DNA from: Lophium mytilinum
Taxonomy: Eukaryota
Length of the DNA stretch: 20,000 nucleotides
Reading direction: 5' to 3'
Assembly: GCA_010093605.1 (NCBI GenBank)
Contig: MU004191.1
Span: 1,889,162 to 1,909,161, forward strand
Numbering within the stretch: position 1 is the first letter of the stretch; the number at the start of each line of letters is the position of its first letter. Of this stretch, positions 1 through 11,855 are shown one piece after another. Both the position numbers and the translations under genes were made by a program. Under the pieces are notes generated by a model, which saw only the letters and a program-made list of their open reading frames with translations, was not told the origin of the DNA and ran no database searches.

Positions 1-741
1 ACTTTAGCTCCCCCCTCTACTATAAGATTTAACTAGTACTTCTACTTTATTTCTACTCTATTCTAGCCCCTCTAGAGCTACTAGATAGAATAGACCTAAG
101 ATTATAGGGGCTAGAGGGTTAGAGTTAGGTAGGGAGAAGCAAGTTTAATATAGAGAAAATTAACCTTTAAGAATTACGTGTAGCATAACCTTGCACCGCC
201 GTATTTAACTACTATAACGTAAAATAGAGTATACATGTAAAGAATAATACTTAGAATATAATATAATAGCGTTCTATTAACTTTAATTTAATTTACAAGC
301 CGTAGTAGTAGCTTAAGGTAGGTATAGAGAGGCTGCAGGGTGCATAGATATAGAATGGAAATTACTTAAAGGGTTTAGCATAAGAACAGCCTTGCGCTTA
401 AGAATTAGTACAACTACTACTATATATAACTACTATAATGTAGTATAGAAGAAATATATAAAGGATTATATATAATACATAATATAATAGTAATCTATTA
501 ACTTAGAATTAATATGTAGGCTATAGTAGTAGTAGTAGTTACATGTAGAGGTAAGATTCTAAATAATAGAAGTTACTTAAAGAGTTTAGTATAATGCCAG
601 CCTTACACTTAATAAAGACCTTAACTAGCGCTGCATAGAACTACTATAATATAAGGTTAAAGATATTTATAAGGAAAATTACTTATTATATAATATAATA
701 GTATTCTAGCAATTTAGAAATATTTTATAGGCTATAGTTAT

Positions 742-1013
742 NNNNNNNNNNNNNNNNNNNNNNNNNNNNNNNNNNNNNNNNNNNNNNNNNNNNNNNNNNN
801 NNNNNNNNNNNNNNNNNNNNNNNNNNNNNNNNNNNNNNNNNNNNNNNNNNNNNNNNNNNNNNNNNNNNNNNNNNNNNNNNNNNNNNNNNNNNNNNNNNNN
901 NNNNNNNNNNNNNNNNNNNNNNNNNNNNNNNNNNNNNNNNNNNNNNNNNNNNNNNNNNNNNNNNNNNNNNNNNNNNNNNNNNNNNNNNNNNNNNNNNNNN
1001 NNNNNNNNNNNNN
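742..1013. other. Assembly gap (272 N)
   Basis: Run of N. Confidence 1.
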
Positions 1014-1084
1014 GCATTAAATAAAATATATAAAGTAAAGGGTAGAATATAGTTTATATAACGTTTATAGATAAAGTAATTAAT

Positions 1085-1119
1085 AGGGCTACCGTAGAAA
1101 GCCTTCCTGCTAGGGCTCT
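1085..1119. repeat. 35-bp palindrome copy 1 (possibly inside a 5' intron, ~1076-1146)
   Basis: agggctaccgtagaaag-c-cttcctgctagggctct. Confidence 0.85.
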
Positions 1120-1257
1120 TCCCTAGCAACCTTAACCGAGTAGCAGTATCTATAAGGGGTGTTAAAACGGGTTAGGCAGAGTAAGCCCTATAATAAGAAT
1201 ATTAACAAATCCTTATTTTTAACTAATTATACTCCCTAACTACTTTCTACTTTTTAG

Positions 1258-3180
1258 CTCTATATTCTAAACTATTATCCCCCTTACTACTATACCTAGT
1301 AGTTAGTATAGAACGCCCTTAAAAGTACTAGAATAAAGAAGAGTAAAAAGCAGCTAAATTATATTTAATAGTAGATTTAAACCAACGCAAGAGAGATAAA
1401 AAGAAGAGGGCTATAGACTAAATAGCTGCAGTAGAAGAGGCTAGTAAGCCTACTTCTACTTCTATTCTAGATCCGTTTCTAATTATCTTTAAAAACCCTA
1501 GAGGTCTTTCTAGTATAAACATTAGGGCCCCTTATCCTACCCACCCTGCGCCTACGCCCTTTTAACAACTAATTATACCTTAGAAGCCTTTAGAGAAAAC
1601 TATTATATAACTTATAATTAGTATATCTTTTATAATCTTCTAGTATTTATAGTTAGGTTCTAATAAACTTAAGTAGAACCCGTCTTAATAAAAGAATTAT
1701 TACCTTCTACCTCTACTTAATCTACGCAATATACTCCTCCGCAGCGGTCTACTTATAGTAGTACCCGTTCTACTATTTCTTCTCTATCTATCTAACCTAT
1801 ATAACCTACGTAATATACTCCTCTATAGTAGTCTACCTATAGTAGTATCTATTCTACCGCTCCTCCTCTATCTACTAAACCCACCTAATATTCTACTCTA
1901 GGGCGGGCTACTTATAGCAGTACTTATTCTCTCGCTTCTCTAACTTCTTAATCTACTTAACTAATATAACTTTCTTATATCTAGTAGTCTACTAGTAGTA
2001 GTACACACTCTAGTAAGTTAAAAGCGGCCTAATATATACCTAAAATTTAAAGTAATATAGAATTAATAGAAGCTATAGAGTAAAATTAGAGTAATAGTAG
2101 TAAGTATACTATTATATAGACTATTAAGGGAGCAGCAGTTAAAGAAAAAGAAGAAGCGGCTAAAGAAAGCGAAGTAAATAAAGAAGTAGCCTAAGTAGAT
2201 AAAGAAGTAGAAGAGGCAGTATTAGAGTTGCTATTACCTATATCTTCCGCGTTATCTTCTTATATACCTGCGTTACTACCACCTCTAAATACTAGAGAGG
2301 TATTACCCTCTCTATTACTACCTTCTAGTGTAGGGACACCTTAGTAAGCCGCAAATAATAATAATAGAGCTCCGGGCTAAGTTCTACCCGCTATACGCTA
2401 TCTCTATAAAGTGTTTCTTAAACCTATAGCTATACTATATATATATACAGGCGTATATACTATTCTTACCCTCTAGAATACTCTATAGATAGCTATAATA
2501 CTACACGCAAGTTTACGCGCTTAATAAACTATAGCAGCTCCTACTCCTATATAACTAGAACTAATAATATAACGCTAAATACTAGCCCTTATTACTATAT
2601 TACTACTTTATATACTTATGTAAATAACTAATAAAGAGATTATAGTAGAATTATTCTTAGCGCAATAAAATAAGGCCGTAGAAGTGCTCTCTAGAATAGA
2701 CGCTACGGAATAAATAGATAAGAAGGAAATGCTAGCTAATATAAGTTAGTTTATACAACTAGCGTATAATAATAGTTAGGTTTAGATAGAGTAGTACGCT
2801 GCCTTATTATCTCTCCGCCTAACGCTAGTAACTAAGGTTATAGAAGAGGAATTTACCTAATTTAAGAATAAGGTAGAAGCAGGTGCAGATATAGATAAGG
2901 TATTAAATAATAGAGTTAAAGAGGGTAGAGAAGGTATATATACGCAAGGATAGTAAGATACTATAGATAAATTACCGGGTTTACTTAATAAAGTTACGCT
3001 AGAGAATTAAGGCAGTAGGGTAGATAATATAGCCTTAAATAGTAAAGGCAATAGTAAGATTATAGATAAAGTTATAGATAAGATAGACCCTAATAGGTAA
3101 GTATTATAAGCCCTATAGTTTATATAAAGCTAATATACGTAGGTATAATAATCTATTAGTAAATACTCTATATATAGTAA
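1258..3180 (+). pseudogene. RIP'd gene A: S/T/P/Q-rich low-complexity region followed by charged/helical region, unknown function; boundaries approximate
   Basis: Codon-phased repeats at 1721-2011, an E/K/A-rich stretch at ~2120-2230, and a canonical short intron at 3097-3142 (gtaagt...gctaat...tag). Truncated by the gap at 3181. Confidence 0.5.
1721..2011 (+). repeat. Degenerate coding tandem repeat, about 4 units with spacings of 84, 75 and 81 bp
   Basis: Units read caatatactcctccgcagcggtctacttatagtagtac / taatatactcctctatagtagtctacctatagtagtat / taatattctactctagggcgggctacttatagcagtac / taactttcttatatctagtagtctactagtagtagtac. All periods are multiples of 3 (peptide ~TQYTPPQRSTYSST). Confidence 0.8.
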
Positions 3181-3190
3181 NNNNNNNNNN
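3181..3190. other. Assembly gap (10 N)
   Basis: Run of N. Confidence 1.
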
Positions 3191-6100
3191 TTAGAAGTCT
3201 AGTATACTTACTATATATCTTAACTCTTTCTATTTAGATAATATAGTAGCTAATATTATAATATAGCAAGTAACTATATAATAGTTCCTTAAAGCAGATC
3301 CCTTAGCTAAGTTACTAGCTTTCTTCTAGCTTAGAATCTTTCCTTCTAATAAGAGCCTATTACAGCTAATACAGCCTTCTATTTAATAAGCCAACTAGAG
3401 CTATTATAGAGAGAGGATAATCCTAACAACTTTAATAATATCCTATAGAAATTAATATTAAGCAGAGAAACTAGTAATATAGAAACTCTAAGGCTTAGTT
3501 TTATAAGGTCTAAAGCTAGCTTTATAGCGAATAAAGAGATTAAAATCCGGCAAGTATATAATATTAATAGCATTATTATTAGCATCTCTACTTTAGCGGC
3601 CTATAATTTATACTTCTTACTATTTCTATAACTATCCTTTCTCTAAAGTATTACTTAAAACTAATATATTATAATACGCGGCTATAAGCTCTATATAATA
3701 AAGCAGCTTTACATAGAGTATAGATATAAGTATTAATTTAAAACTTATATATTTTTCCCCTAGATATTAACACTAAATAAGTAGAAGGGTAGTACTTTGC
3801 ATCTACTAGATATAATATAAGCAGCTTAGCTTAATAATATTATCTTACCTATAGTAAAGTATACTCTAATATCTAATAAGTAGTAGTATATACTATACAG
3901 TTTTAATATTATATAGAGTAAAGCAAGCGTTAAGAAAGAAAAATATATAATATTATCTAGAGACTCTTATATTAATACTAAGTATATAATTCTATAGTAT
4001 TAACTCTAAGAATTCTAGAACTAAGTTCTTTATAATGTAGAAAACTTTATAGAAATAGATACTATACCTAAAGATTTATTTAAAGAAGTATTCCTAGTAG
4101 TCTTAGGTTATAATCTAAAAATAGTATATAAGTCCTTAAGTATAATTTAAAGTAGAAATTAGCTACTACGTACTTTAACTACTACTTTTAATAAAAACCT
4201 AATTAATATACTAGATAAGGGGATATAGGTTAACTATAGATATAAAGATATCCTAACTACTAATTAGCTAGATACCGGGGTTACCCTTCTACATAAAACT
4301 AGCTATAACAACTACTAGGCCACTTACTTCTATAATAGTGGAAAAGAAAAGATTTATATAATATTATACCCCTACTATCTTACCTAGGGCGCGTTATCTC
4401 TAATAGTAGAGCTCTAAGCAGGCAACTATAGCCGTATTAGTAGTATAGCATATAATAAAATCTATAATAGTAATAAGATTATACTTAAGTTACCTATTAA
4501 GAATATTACGCCCTTTTATAATACTTAACTAGAAGCTCTTGCGTTCTTAACTAAAATAATTAAGTAGTAGTTTAAAGCGGCAGGTAGCTCTAAAGGATTA
4601 TTAAAAAGAAAATAGCTTTAGAATAGTCTTACTACTATTCTCTAACGCCACTATACTATACTCTAGAGAGATAGATACTTATTCTATAGGGTTTAAACTA
4701 AGTTCTAAGTACTTCTTACTATACTTAAGCAACTTAAAGAAAGCGTAAGTCCTAAATTTACTATAAAGGATAGGCTAGATAATAGTAGTAAGCCTTATTA
4801 CCCCTACTAGGTTCTTTCTATAAAAGAAGTTAATACCTTTACTATTGTAAACCTTAATCGCTAGGTATTCCTTTTCCAGGTACTATCTCTTTAGATTACC
4901 CCCGGGCGTAATACTAGGCATGTAGCAATACTAGATAAATAGCTAGTAAATAGTTATTTAGCATTTCTTTATATCCGCCTTACATAAATTACTACTAGAT
5001 ATAGTAATTCTACTTAATTATCTATACTATAGAAAAAAGAGTAGATAAATTAAAAAGACCCCTAGAATCCTGTAATCTTATATAGCCTTAGGTTATTAGA
5101 CTTCCTTAAAAAGTATAGCATAGCTTAGCTAAAGTTAGAGTACTTAGATTAGATAATAACGCCCCTATAACTTAGTCCTTAAGGCGTTAATTAACTGCAA
5201 GCCGGCCTTAGAAATTAATTCTAAGCTATATTTACTAAAGCTTAGATCTAGGTATCTCTTACTAGGGAGAATATAGAGATGCGGTATCTATAGTATAGCA
5301 TTACAGCATAGTACACGCTAGCTATTTAACGTAAAAATAGAACTAAAGTATAAAAAGATTAGTAATTAGTACCGCTATAGATAGGTAAGGCAGCTGCGCT
5401 TATTATTAAGGCATACTATACTAATATATATAAGCTTCTAAGTAGATAATACATAGAAGAAGATAGAAATACTAAGATATAATAGAAGAGTAAAGAACTA
5501 CGCAACTAATTTCTTAAGAGTATTTTAAATAGATCTATAGTTGCGCTTTATCCTAATATACTTATAAAGCTATATAGAAAGTTAGAACTTATAGTAAGCT
5601 ACGCCTATATGCGGAATGTAGCTAGAAATAGTAATATAAATTATCTAAGGCACTTAACTAGACGCTAAATTAATTAAGTCTAGCCGCTATTTAATATTAC
5701 GGATCTAGCTGCAGAAACTTAAAAATAAAATAATAGTCCCTTCCGCATAAAATTGCAAAGATTAAATGCAATAATTAGAAACAAAGCGTTACTAAAAACG
5801 GTAGAATAATTTCTTAATAATTTATAAGTAAAAGCCGCCTTATTACTCTAGATTCTTCTAAGATACAATAATAATAAAATTTTAACTACGCGTTAAGCTA
5901 AATAAAACAACTCTAAAGATATATAAGATAATATTAGGGGAAGAGATATAATTATAAATATATAGTAGATCTATATGCAACTATTAAATAGCTACTACTA
6001 TAAGGTAGCCTAACTAAGCTAATATATTAAAGAATAGGCTTAAGGGGGGGTAGTTAACCTTAGCATAGACGTAGTTGCAAAGGAAGTATAGAATATAACC

Positions 6101-6480
6101 TAGGGAAGCCCAGGAAAGTTAAAGACAATAATAATAGAGGATAATATTATAGGCCCTAGAGGTTAAGTTAATCTAAAATATATCTAGCTTAGGTTTAAGC
6201 ACTATATACTAAATAGCCCAAGGGCTTATTTAGGCAGAATTCTAATAATTAAAGAATTCTAGAATTATTTAGCAATATAAAAGAAGCAAGAGAGGAATAT
6301 AAGTAGTTAGTTATTAGATAAAGAGTATAAGTATAAAGAGAGTTTAGGTAACTATAGCTTAGAAATAGAGGACTTAGAGGACTTAGGGTAAGAGGTCTAG
6401 AAGAATAAGGCTTAAGTAGAAGAGTTTTAAGAAGTATATAGATTTAAGCGTTAATAGGTAGACTAGTAGGGGCGGCGTTA
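3191..6480 (+). pseudogene. RIP'd gene B: large (~1,000 aa) fungal hypothetical protein with acidic C-terminal tail; ends approximate
   Basis: One frame (position mod 3 = 2) gives protein-like de-RIP motifs: YDIDS (3557-3571), WVDYGYED...VTLLHK (from 4226), GGMAYNKIY...PF...LEALAF (~4440-4490), YGVRTEFRV (from 4685) and GLGLLDFLEKYGMAWLK...LDW (from 5084). These resemble a repeat-associated fungal hypothetical family recalled from memory, with no named domain. Confidence 0.7.
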
Positions 6481-6533
6481 TAAAGAAGAATTATTAATAA
6501 GAGAGGTAGTAAAGTATTTAGTATAAGATATAA

Positions 6534-6568
6534 AGGGCGTTAGTAGAAAGGCTTCTAGCTAGGCTCTT
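6534..6568. repeat. 35-bp palindrome copy 2 (intergenic)
   Basis: agggcgttagtagaaag-g-cttctagctaggctctt. Confidence 0.85.
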
Positions 6569-6659
6569 ATATAGTACGCAAATACTTATCTAGTAGGTGT
6601 ATAGTAGTAATATATATAAGAAGAGAGGTAATAATAGGCGTACTTAATATAAGTAGTAA

Positions 6660-6694
6660 AGGGCCCTAGTAGAAAGGCTTTCTAGCAAGACCCT
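6660..6694. repeat. 35-bp palindrome copy 3 (intergenic)
   Basis: agggccctagtagaaag-g-ctttctagcaagaccct. Confidence 0.92.
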
Positions 6695-7294
6695 TATACT
6701 ATAGGTAAATAGTTATACAACAACGCGCAATATTCTATTAACCTATCTTAGCGCAGTACTGTATTACTAGAACTAGGCGATATATAGCGTAGTATTATAG
6801 ATTAACCGTAAACATTTATATATTAGCGAAATTAAGTAAAACGCTAATATATTTATACCTGTAATATTTTAACCTTATATAATATATAGCCATTATATTA
6901 ACCTTAAGAGTTAACTTAAGTAGTTTACTATTAAAGGCTTAGCGTCTTAGCAGCCGGCGGCTATTAGCCCGGCCGCCCATAAACTTATCCACCGCCTAGC
7001 AGCTTTAACTTTCTTACTTTTATACTAATCTCTCCTTCTATACTACCGCACCCCCATTACTTCTACTTATCTAGCTACCTGCGGAATAGTTGCGCGCTAG
7101 TTTCTTATTTACTAGATAATAGTTAGCAGCTTTCTAGCTATATTAGAGCCGCAATTAGCTAGTTTTAGGCGTTCTTTTAGCTAGCGGTTAAGCCTTTTAG
7201 TAAGTTTACTATCTAGCAGGTAAAATTAAGTTACGTTATAGCTAATTCTGCTAATAGGTTTATTCTATTGCAATTTCTCTAAGAGTAGAGTAAG

Positions 7295-7359
7295 GTAAGC
7301 GTATTATAAGAATTATTATAGAAAGGCTTCCTGCTAGAGCCCTTTACTAGTCTTAGTAG
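7295..7359 (+). other. Predicted intron containing palindrome copy 4 (7309-7343)
   Basis: gtaagc donor at 7295; agaattattatagaaag-g-cttcctgctagagccct; acceptor tag at 7356 or 7359. Confidence 0.6.
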
Positions 7360-7430
7360 ATTAGTCTACCTTAATTTTAAAGATGCGGCGGCAGGAAATA
7401 TTAAGAAAATAATAATACTAAAAATACCCA

Positions 7431-7526
7431 GTATAGTGCATAGGGTCTTAGTAGAAAGCCTTTCTACTAGGGCCCTTTACCTGCCTTCTTTCTTCTATTA
7501 TTTAAGATAAGCTAATATATTAATAG
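7431..7526 (+). other. Predicted intron containing palindrome copy 5 (7442-7476)
   Basis: gt donor at 7431; agggtcttagtagaaag-c-ctttctactagggccct; pyrimidine tract; branch gctaat at 7511; tag at 7524-7526. Confidence 0.65.
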
Positions 7527-8455
7527 GCTAGCTATAAATACCTTAAGCAACGGGGACCCTAGTAAGGTAGTAGTAAAGGTTGCATCCCTATATATATTAC
7601 CTATAACTAACCTAGTAGATAGCTATAAGAAATAATCTACTTCTTCTAAAGTACTAGAAGATTTAAATTCTACCTCTCTACTAGTTACTAAATTAGGGGT
7701 TAATGCCTATGTTAATTTAAAGCGCAATTAGCCGGCCACTGCAATAAATCTAGAGACGCTTGCATTAGTAAATAGCAAAGTAGTTTATCTAGATAGCGAT
7801 AACTATAGTAATAACTCTAATATCCCTAAGAACTCTAATAAAGAGTAAGAAAAGCTTTAAGCGCTAGTTACTAGCAGTAGGAAAGATAAAAAGTTAGAGA
7901 AGTTATAGGCCTTAGTAAATACGCTATATGCTAGTAGAATAAAGTTAGCTAAGCTTTATAGTTAAATAAAAGTAGAACTTAAAGTAATTCTAGCTAAGCC
8001 TAATTTCTAAGTAATTTAGAATAAGTATAAGGATAGGTATTTAGACCTAAAGCGCGCCGTATACAGTTAGAATTAAGGGGCTAGTTTTACTACTATTCTA
8101 AACGCTTTTAAGACTAGCGAGTTGCATAATCTATAGTAATATACTACTCCTTAGCCTAAGATAGATAACTATAAACCCGTAGATTAGGTAGCTTAATTTA
8201 TTAGTTAATGCTTTAATTACTACCAGAAGCGGTTTAGTGGGTTTTTGCACAACCGCGCTAATATTACTAATAATAAAGCGCTTAGAATCTTCTTTAAATT
8301 AAAGAAAAATATAGAATTTAAGAGTAGCCCGTCTTAAGCTAGTAGGACCGCCTATACTAAGAACTAAATTAAGATATAGAATGTTCTTTAAAAAATAAAG
8401 CTTAGTCTAGTACCGGCACCTAAGACCCCGGCCAAAACTATTACTTATAGTAGTA

Positions 8456-8490
8456 AGAATATTAATAGGAAGCCTTTCTATTAAGGCCCT
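8456..8490. repeat. 35-bp palindrome copy 6 (reads in-frame in the helicase ORF)
   Basis: agaatattaataggaag-c-ctttctattaaggccct; frame continuous across it (~IDGKPFHQGP). Confidence 0.8.
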
Positions 8491-9140
8491 TCTAGGCCTC
8501 CCTGTTAGCAGTCGCCCTCTTATTTTACTAAGAAGAAACTCGCGGCTATTAACATAGAGGTTAACGTAGACAACCCTATCTAGGAGTTATCTAAAGAGGA
8601 AATTACTATAAACCTAGTTAATAAGAAGAAAGGTAACGTTAATATTACTAGCGCTAAGTATATTACCGGCACTATAAAATAGAAGCTTAAGTTAGTAATT
8701 ATGCATGCTAAGCGCACTAGAGTAATAATTAACTAGAACTCGTTAAAGTTTTAATATAACGCATATTGGGTAATTAGATAGATAGTAGGAGATTTTATAT
8801 ATACTATTAAATAGCACCTAAATATGCGCGCTGTAGATTTAAATAAGAATAAGTACGCTAATCTAGATAGTATTAAATATGCCTAAGATATAGAGGCTAA
8901 TATAAGGGCTACCGCTATTAATATAAAGAATATTATCCTCTTTACTATACTAACCGCAGTAGATCTTACAACGTAGAGTACACTCCGCCTTCTAATAACT
9001 AATAAAGCCTATTAGCTAGATAACCTTAAAGAAGTAATAAAGGCCCTACGCATTTATAACTATTGGAAACCCCGCCTTATTATAATAAATAGTAATATTT
9101 ACTTAAGGTAGTAGTAGATTACCGGGGCTTACTATATATA

Positions 9141-9175
9141 CTATATTATATAGAAAGGCTTTCTTAGTAGGGCTT
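9141..9175. repeat. Degenerate palindrome copy 7 (exonic, overlapping the start of SNF2 motif I)
   Basis: tagaaag-g-ctttcttagtagggct, encoding ~QKGFLGGA. Confidence 0.6.
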
Positions 9176-9253
9176 TAATTACAGATAAGGTTAGTATTAG
9201 AAAGATATTTTTAATAGCTACCCTTATTAGATATATAAGCAATTTCTCTTTAA

Positions 9254-9288
9254 AGGGTATTAATAGAAAGCCTTTCTACTACCCCCCT
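9254..9288. repeat. 35-bp palindrome copy 8 (exonic)
   Basis: agggtattaatagaaag-c-ctttctactacccccct; in-frame ~GIDGKPFCHPP. Confidence 0.8.
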
Positions 9289-10052
9289 AATAGTTTCTCT
9301 TAGCATCTACTAATTTAATTATAGCTTATTACTAAGCGCTAGCGCAAAGTTATAGATAAGAAAGACCCCGGGCTAGTAAAGCCCTTTTTTTTTCTTATGC
9401 CTCCCGTTTTAGTATACTAAATAGTAAATAAACTTATAAAGTTTAGTTCTAAACTTAAGCTCTATATCTATTTATTAAAGGGCTAAGTTACTTTCTATAG
9501 CGCTATATTTCTACATAATACCTTAACTAGAAACTATTCCTTATTTAATACTAAAAATAAGGTAAATGCTAAGAGCATTGTAATCGCCAGCTATTAGGTA
9601 ATAGCTAGTCGGCACGGTCCCTAGCCCGCATTAAAGTAGTATAGCAATAATAATCTTACTAAGCTAAAGAACTAGGTTAAATATCGCCTAAGCTCTACCT
9701 AGCCCGGTTTCTTAAGTAGCTATTTTAACGTCTAATTTATAGATAAGTGCTAGCTTATTAAAAGTAACTAAGTAAACCTCCACCTAACCGCGTTATAGCT
9801 TTACTTAGACTTTACTATACTCTATAGTAGGACCCTACTATATATAGGTATTACTAATATGCCTACTTATATATCTTTTATAGAACTAAGAGATAAGTAT
9901 TTATAATTCTGCACATACCGCTTAAAACCTAGTAAAGCTAAGTTTATTCCAGGTACTAATAATCCGTTTAAGCTTCCTAATAACTATTTAGGTGTAATTT
10001 TCTAGTATACACGCAAGGCTTTTAAAAATTTTATTCTACCTTTATTTAACCT

Positions 10053-10146
10053 GTAAGTTATTATATAAAGGGCCCTAGTAAAAAGGCTTCTAGCTAGGGC
10101 CCTTATCTCTTCTCTTATTTACTTTAATTTTTTAATATTTCTCTAG
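10053..10146 (+). other. Intron containing palindrome copy 9 (10069-10103)
   Basis: gtaagt donor; agggccctagtaaaaag-g-cttctagctagggccct; polypyrimidine tract and ctctag acceptor; removal restores the helicase frame. Confidence 0.85.
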
Positions 10147-11542
10147 GATTATATAGGGGCTTTATTTACGCTTAATTTTTAGTAAGTATATAATTACTCG
10201 CTTATACCCTTCTATATACCTAAATAATTCTACTAATCCTGCCACCTAAATTAGAGGATTACTTCCGCGGTTAGTTACGCGAGTAATTAAGCTATAGCCT
10301 ATAAAACTAGGCTATATTATCTATACTAATAAATTACTAAGCTACCTTAAGTTATTAATAGTTTCTACTAAGAACTGTGTAGGCTAGCGCACCTATATAT
10401 TTAATATATGCTCTATATATGCTCTTAACCTTATAAGTACTGCGCTATTTTTAGTCTACTCTAAGCGCGCTATAATAGCATATCCGTAAGAGAAGGTCTT
10501 AGATTTAAAGGGTAATAAGATTAAGAACGGCCCAAAAATCATCCCTCTTAAGAATAATAGCGGTTACTAGTTAAAGGAAATAGACGTTTTGCAAGGCATA
10601 ATAAAGTAAATTACCCGGAATAAGAACGTCTAAACTAACCCTAATTAGAAAGACTTTAAAGCAAAGTCCGCACCCTTTTATTATATTATCGCTCTTTTTA
10701 TCCGTAATGCCCCTAAAGTAGCTACACTACTATACTATTTAGCTAATAACGTTATTAAGCGTATAGAGAAGGTTATTATTTAGACTAACTACCTAAATAA
10801 GTAAATAATTCTTGCTAAGATTATTAACTATTATAAAATAGATGCTTATATACTAGCCTTTAATCTCTCTACTACTAACCGGGATAACTTTATCTTAGTG
10901 TTTAACAACCCCGACTCTAAAGTAAAGATTCTTATTACTAGTTACTAGGCTAATAGAGCTAGGCTTAATCTATAGTCTACTTATTATAATATATATCTTT
11001 TTAACCCTGCAGGCTCTATTTAGATTAAGAAGCAGGTAATAGCGCGTTTCTATAGAATTAGCTAGAAGTTTACTATTATAGTAACCGCGTTCTTTATCTA
11101 GGACACATTTAATGCCTTTACTCTCTCGCGCTAGGTGTAGATAGCGCTTTCCGGTCTTACTACTGCGTTAAACACTAACTAGATTAAGGTAGAGGGGACC
11201 TCTAAGGAAAAGCTAACCCTAGATAGCTAGTATGCGTAGATAACCTATAATAATAAGAGTATTGCACCCCGCCTTATTATAGGCAAAATAGATATTTTAA
11301 ATATGCCGGTAGAATTATATATTAAGCGCTTTAACTCCCTATAAGATATTCTTATATTTCTAATAACCCTTATGCAAGGTAATATAACTTTTTAGTCTAG
11401 TAGGTTTAGTAATAAGTTCTAAGAAAAATAAGCGTATAAATTTACTAAATTAGAATTAGAAGAAGAGTAGAAGAAGGGTGTAAATAGAGCGCCTAAGAAA
11501 CCGCGTATTAATAAGCTAGGTTTAAGGCTTAAGTATTATCCT

Positions 11543-11637
11543 GTAAGTAGTAAGTTCGCCCTTATAGGTTCTAGCGGGAAGGCTTTCTACTAGGGCCCTA
11601 CTTACCTTTTTATACTTTGCTAATCCGTGTTTTATAG
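11543..11637 (+). other. Predicted intron containing palindrome copy 10 (11565-11599)
   Basis: gtaagt at 11543 (alternative 11550); taggttctagcgggaag-g-ctttctactagggccct; branch gctaat; tag at 11635-11637. Confidence 0.75.
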
Positions 11638-11820
11638 TAAAAGCTACCCTAAAGCTAAAGCTAAAGACACTAGAGTAATAAAATAGTAAAGCTTTAAAGT
11701 AGAAGCGCAAAGCTAGTACTATACTAGCGGCTGCTATTAAGAAGTATAAGCCTAACCCTAAGTCTACTATTATAGTTAAAGACTTAGATTCTACTAAATC
11801 TAATATGCCTACCCCTATAA

Positions 11821-11855
11821 AGAGCACTACTAGAAAGGCTTATAGCCCTTTTATC
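11821..11855. repeat. Degenerate palindrome copy 11 (in predicted exon)
   Basis: agagcactactagaaag-g-cttatagccct; left arm fair, right arm shortened. Confidence 0.5.

Noticed and set aside
706..1129. ORF-track entries of 103 aa and 134 aa on the minus strand
   Set aside because: They are open only because they run through the N gap.
1581..1598. tagaagcctttagagaaa as another palindrome copy
   Set aside because: Only a partial core matches and the outer GGGCCC arms are missing.
3379..3585. 68-aa hydrophobic minus-strand ORF
   Set aside because: It is an antisense shadow of gene B; its I/L/Y richness is a RIP composition artefact.
6950..6980. GC-rich small inverted repeat ggcggc...gccgcc upstream of the helicase gene
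   Set aside because: It is a single short stem, and CpG/GpC-rich islands are expected to survive RIP.
11522..11827. 101-aa minus-strand ORF resembling a membrane protein
   Set aside because: It is antisense to the K/E-rich 3' part of the helicase locus and crosses a + strand intron.
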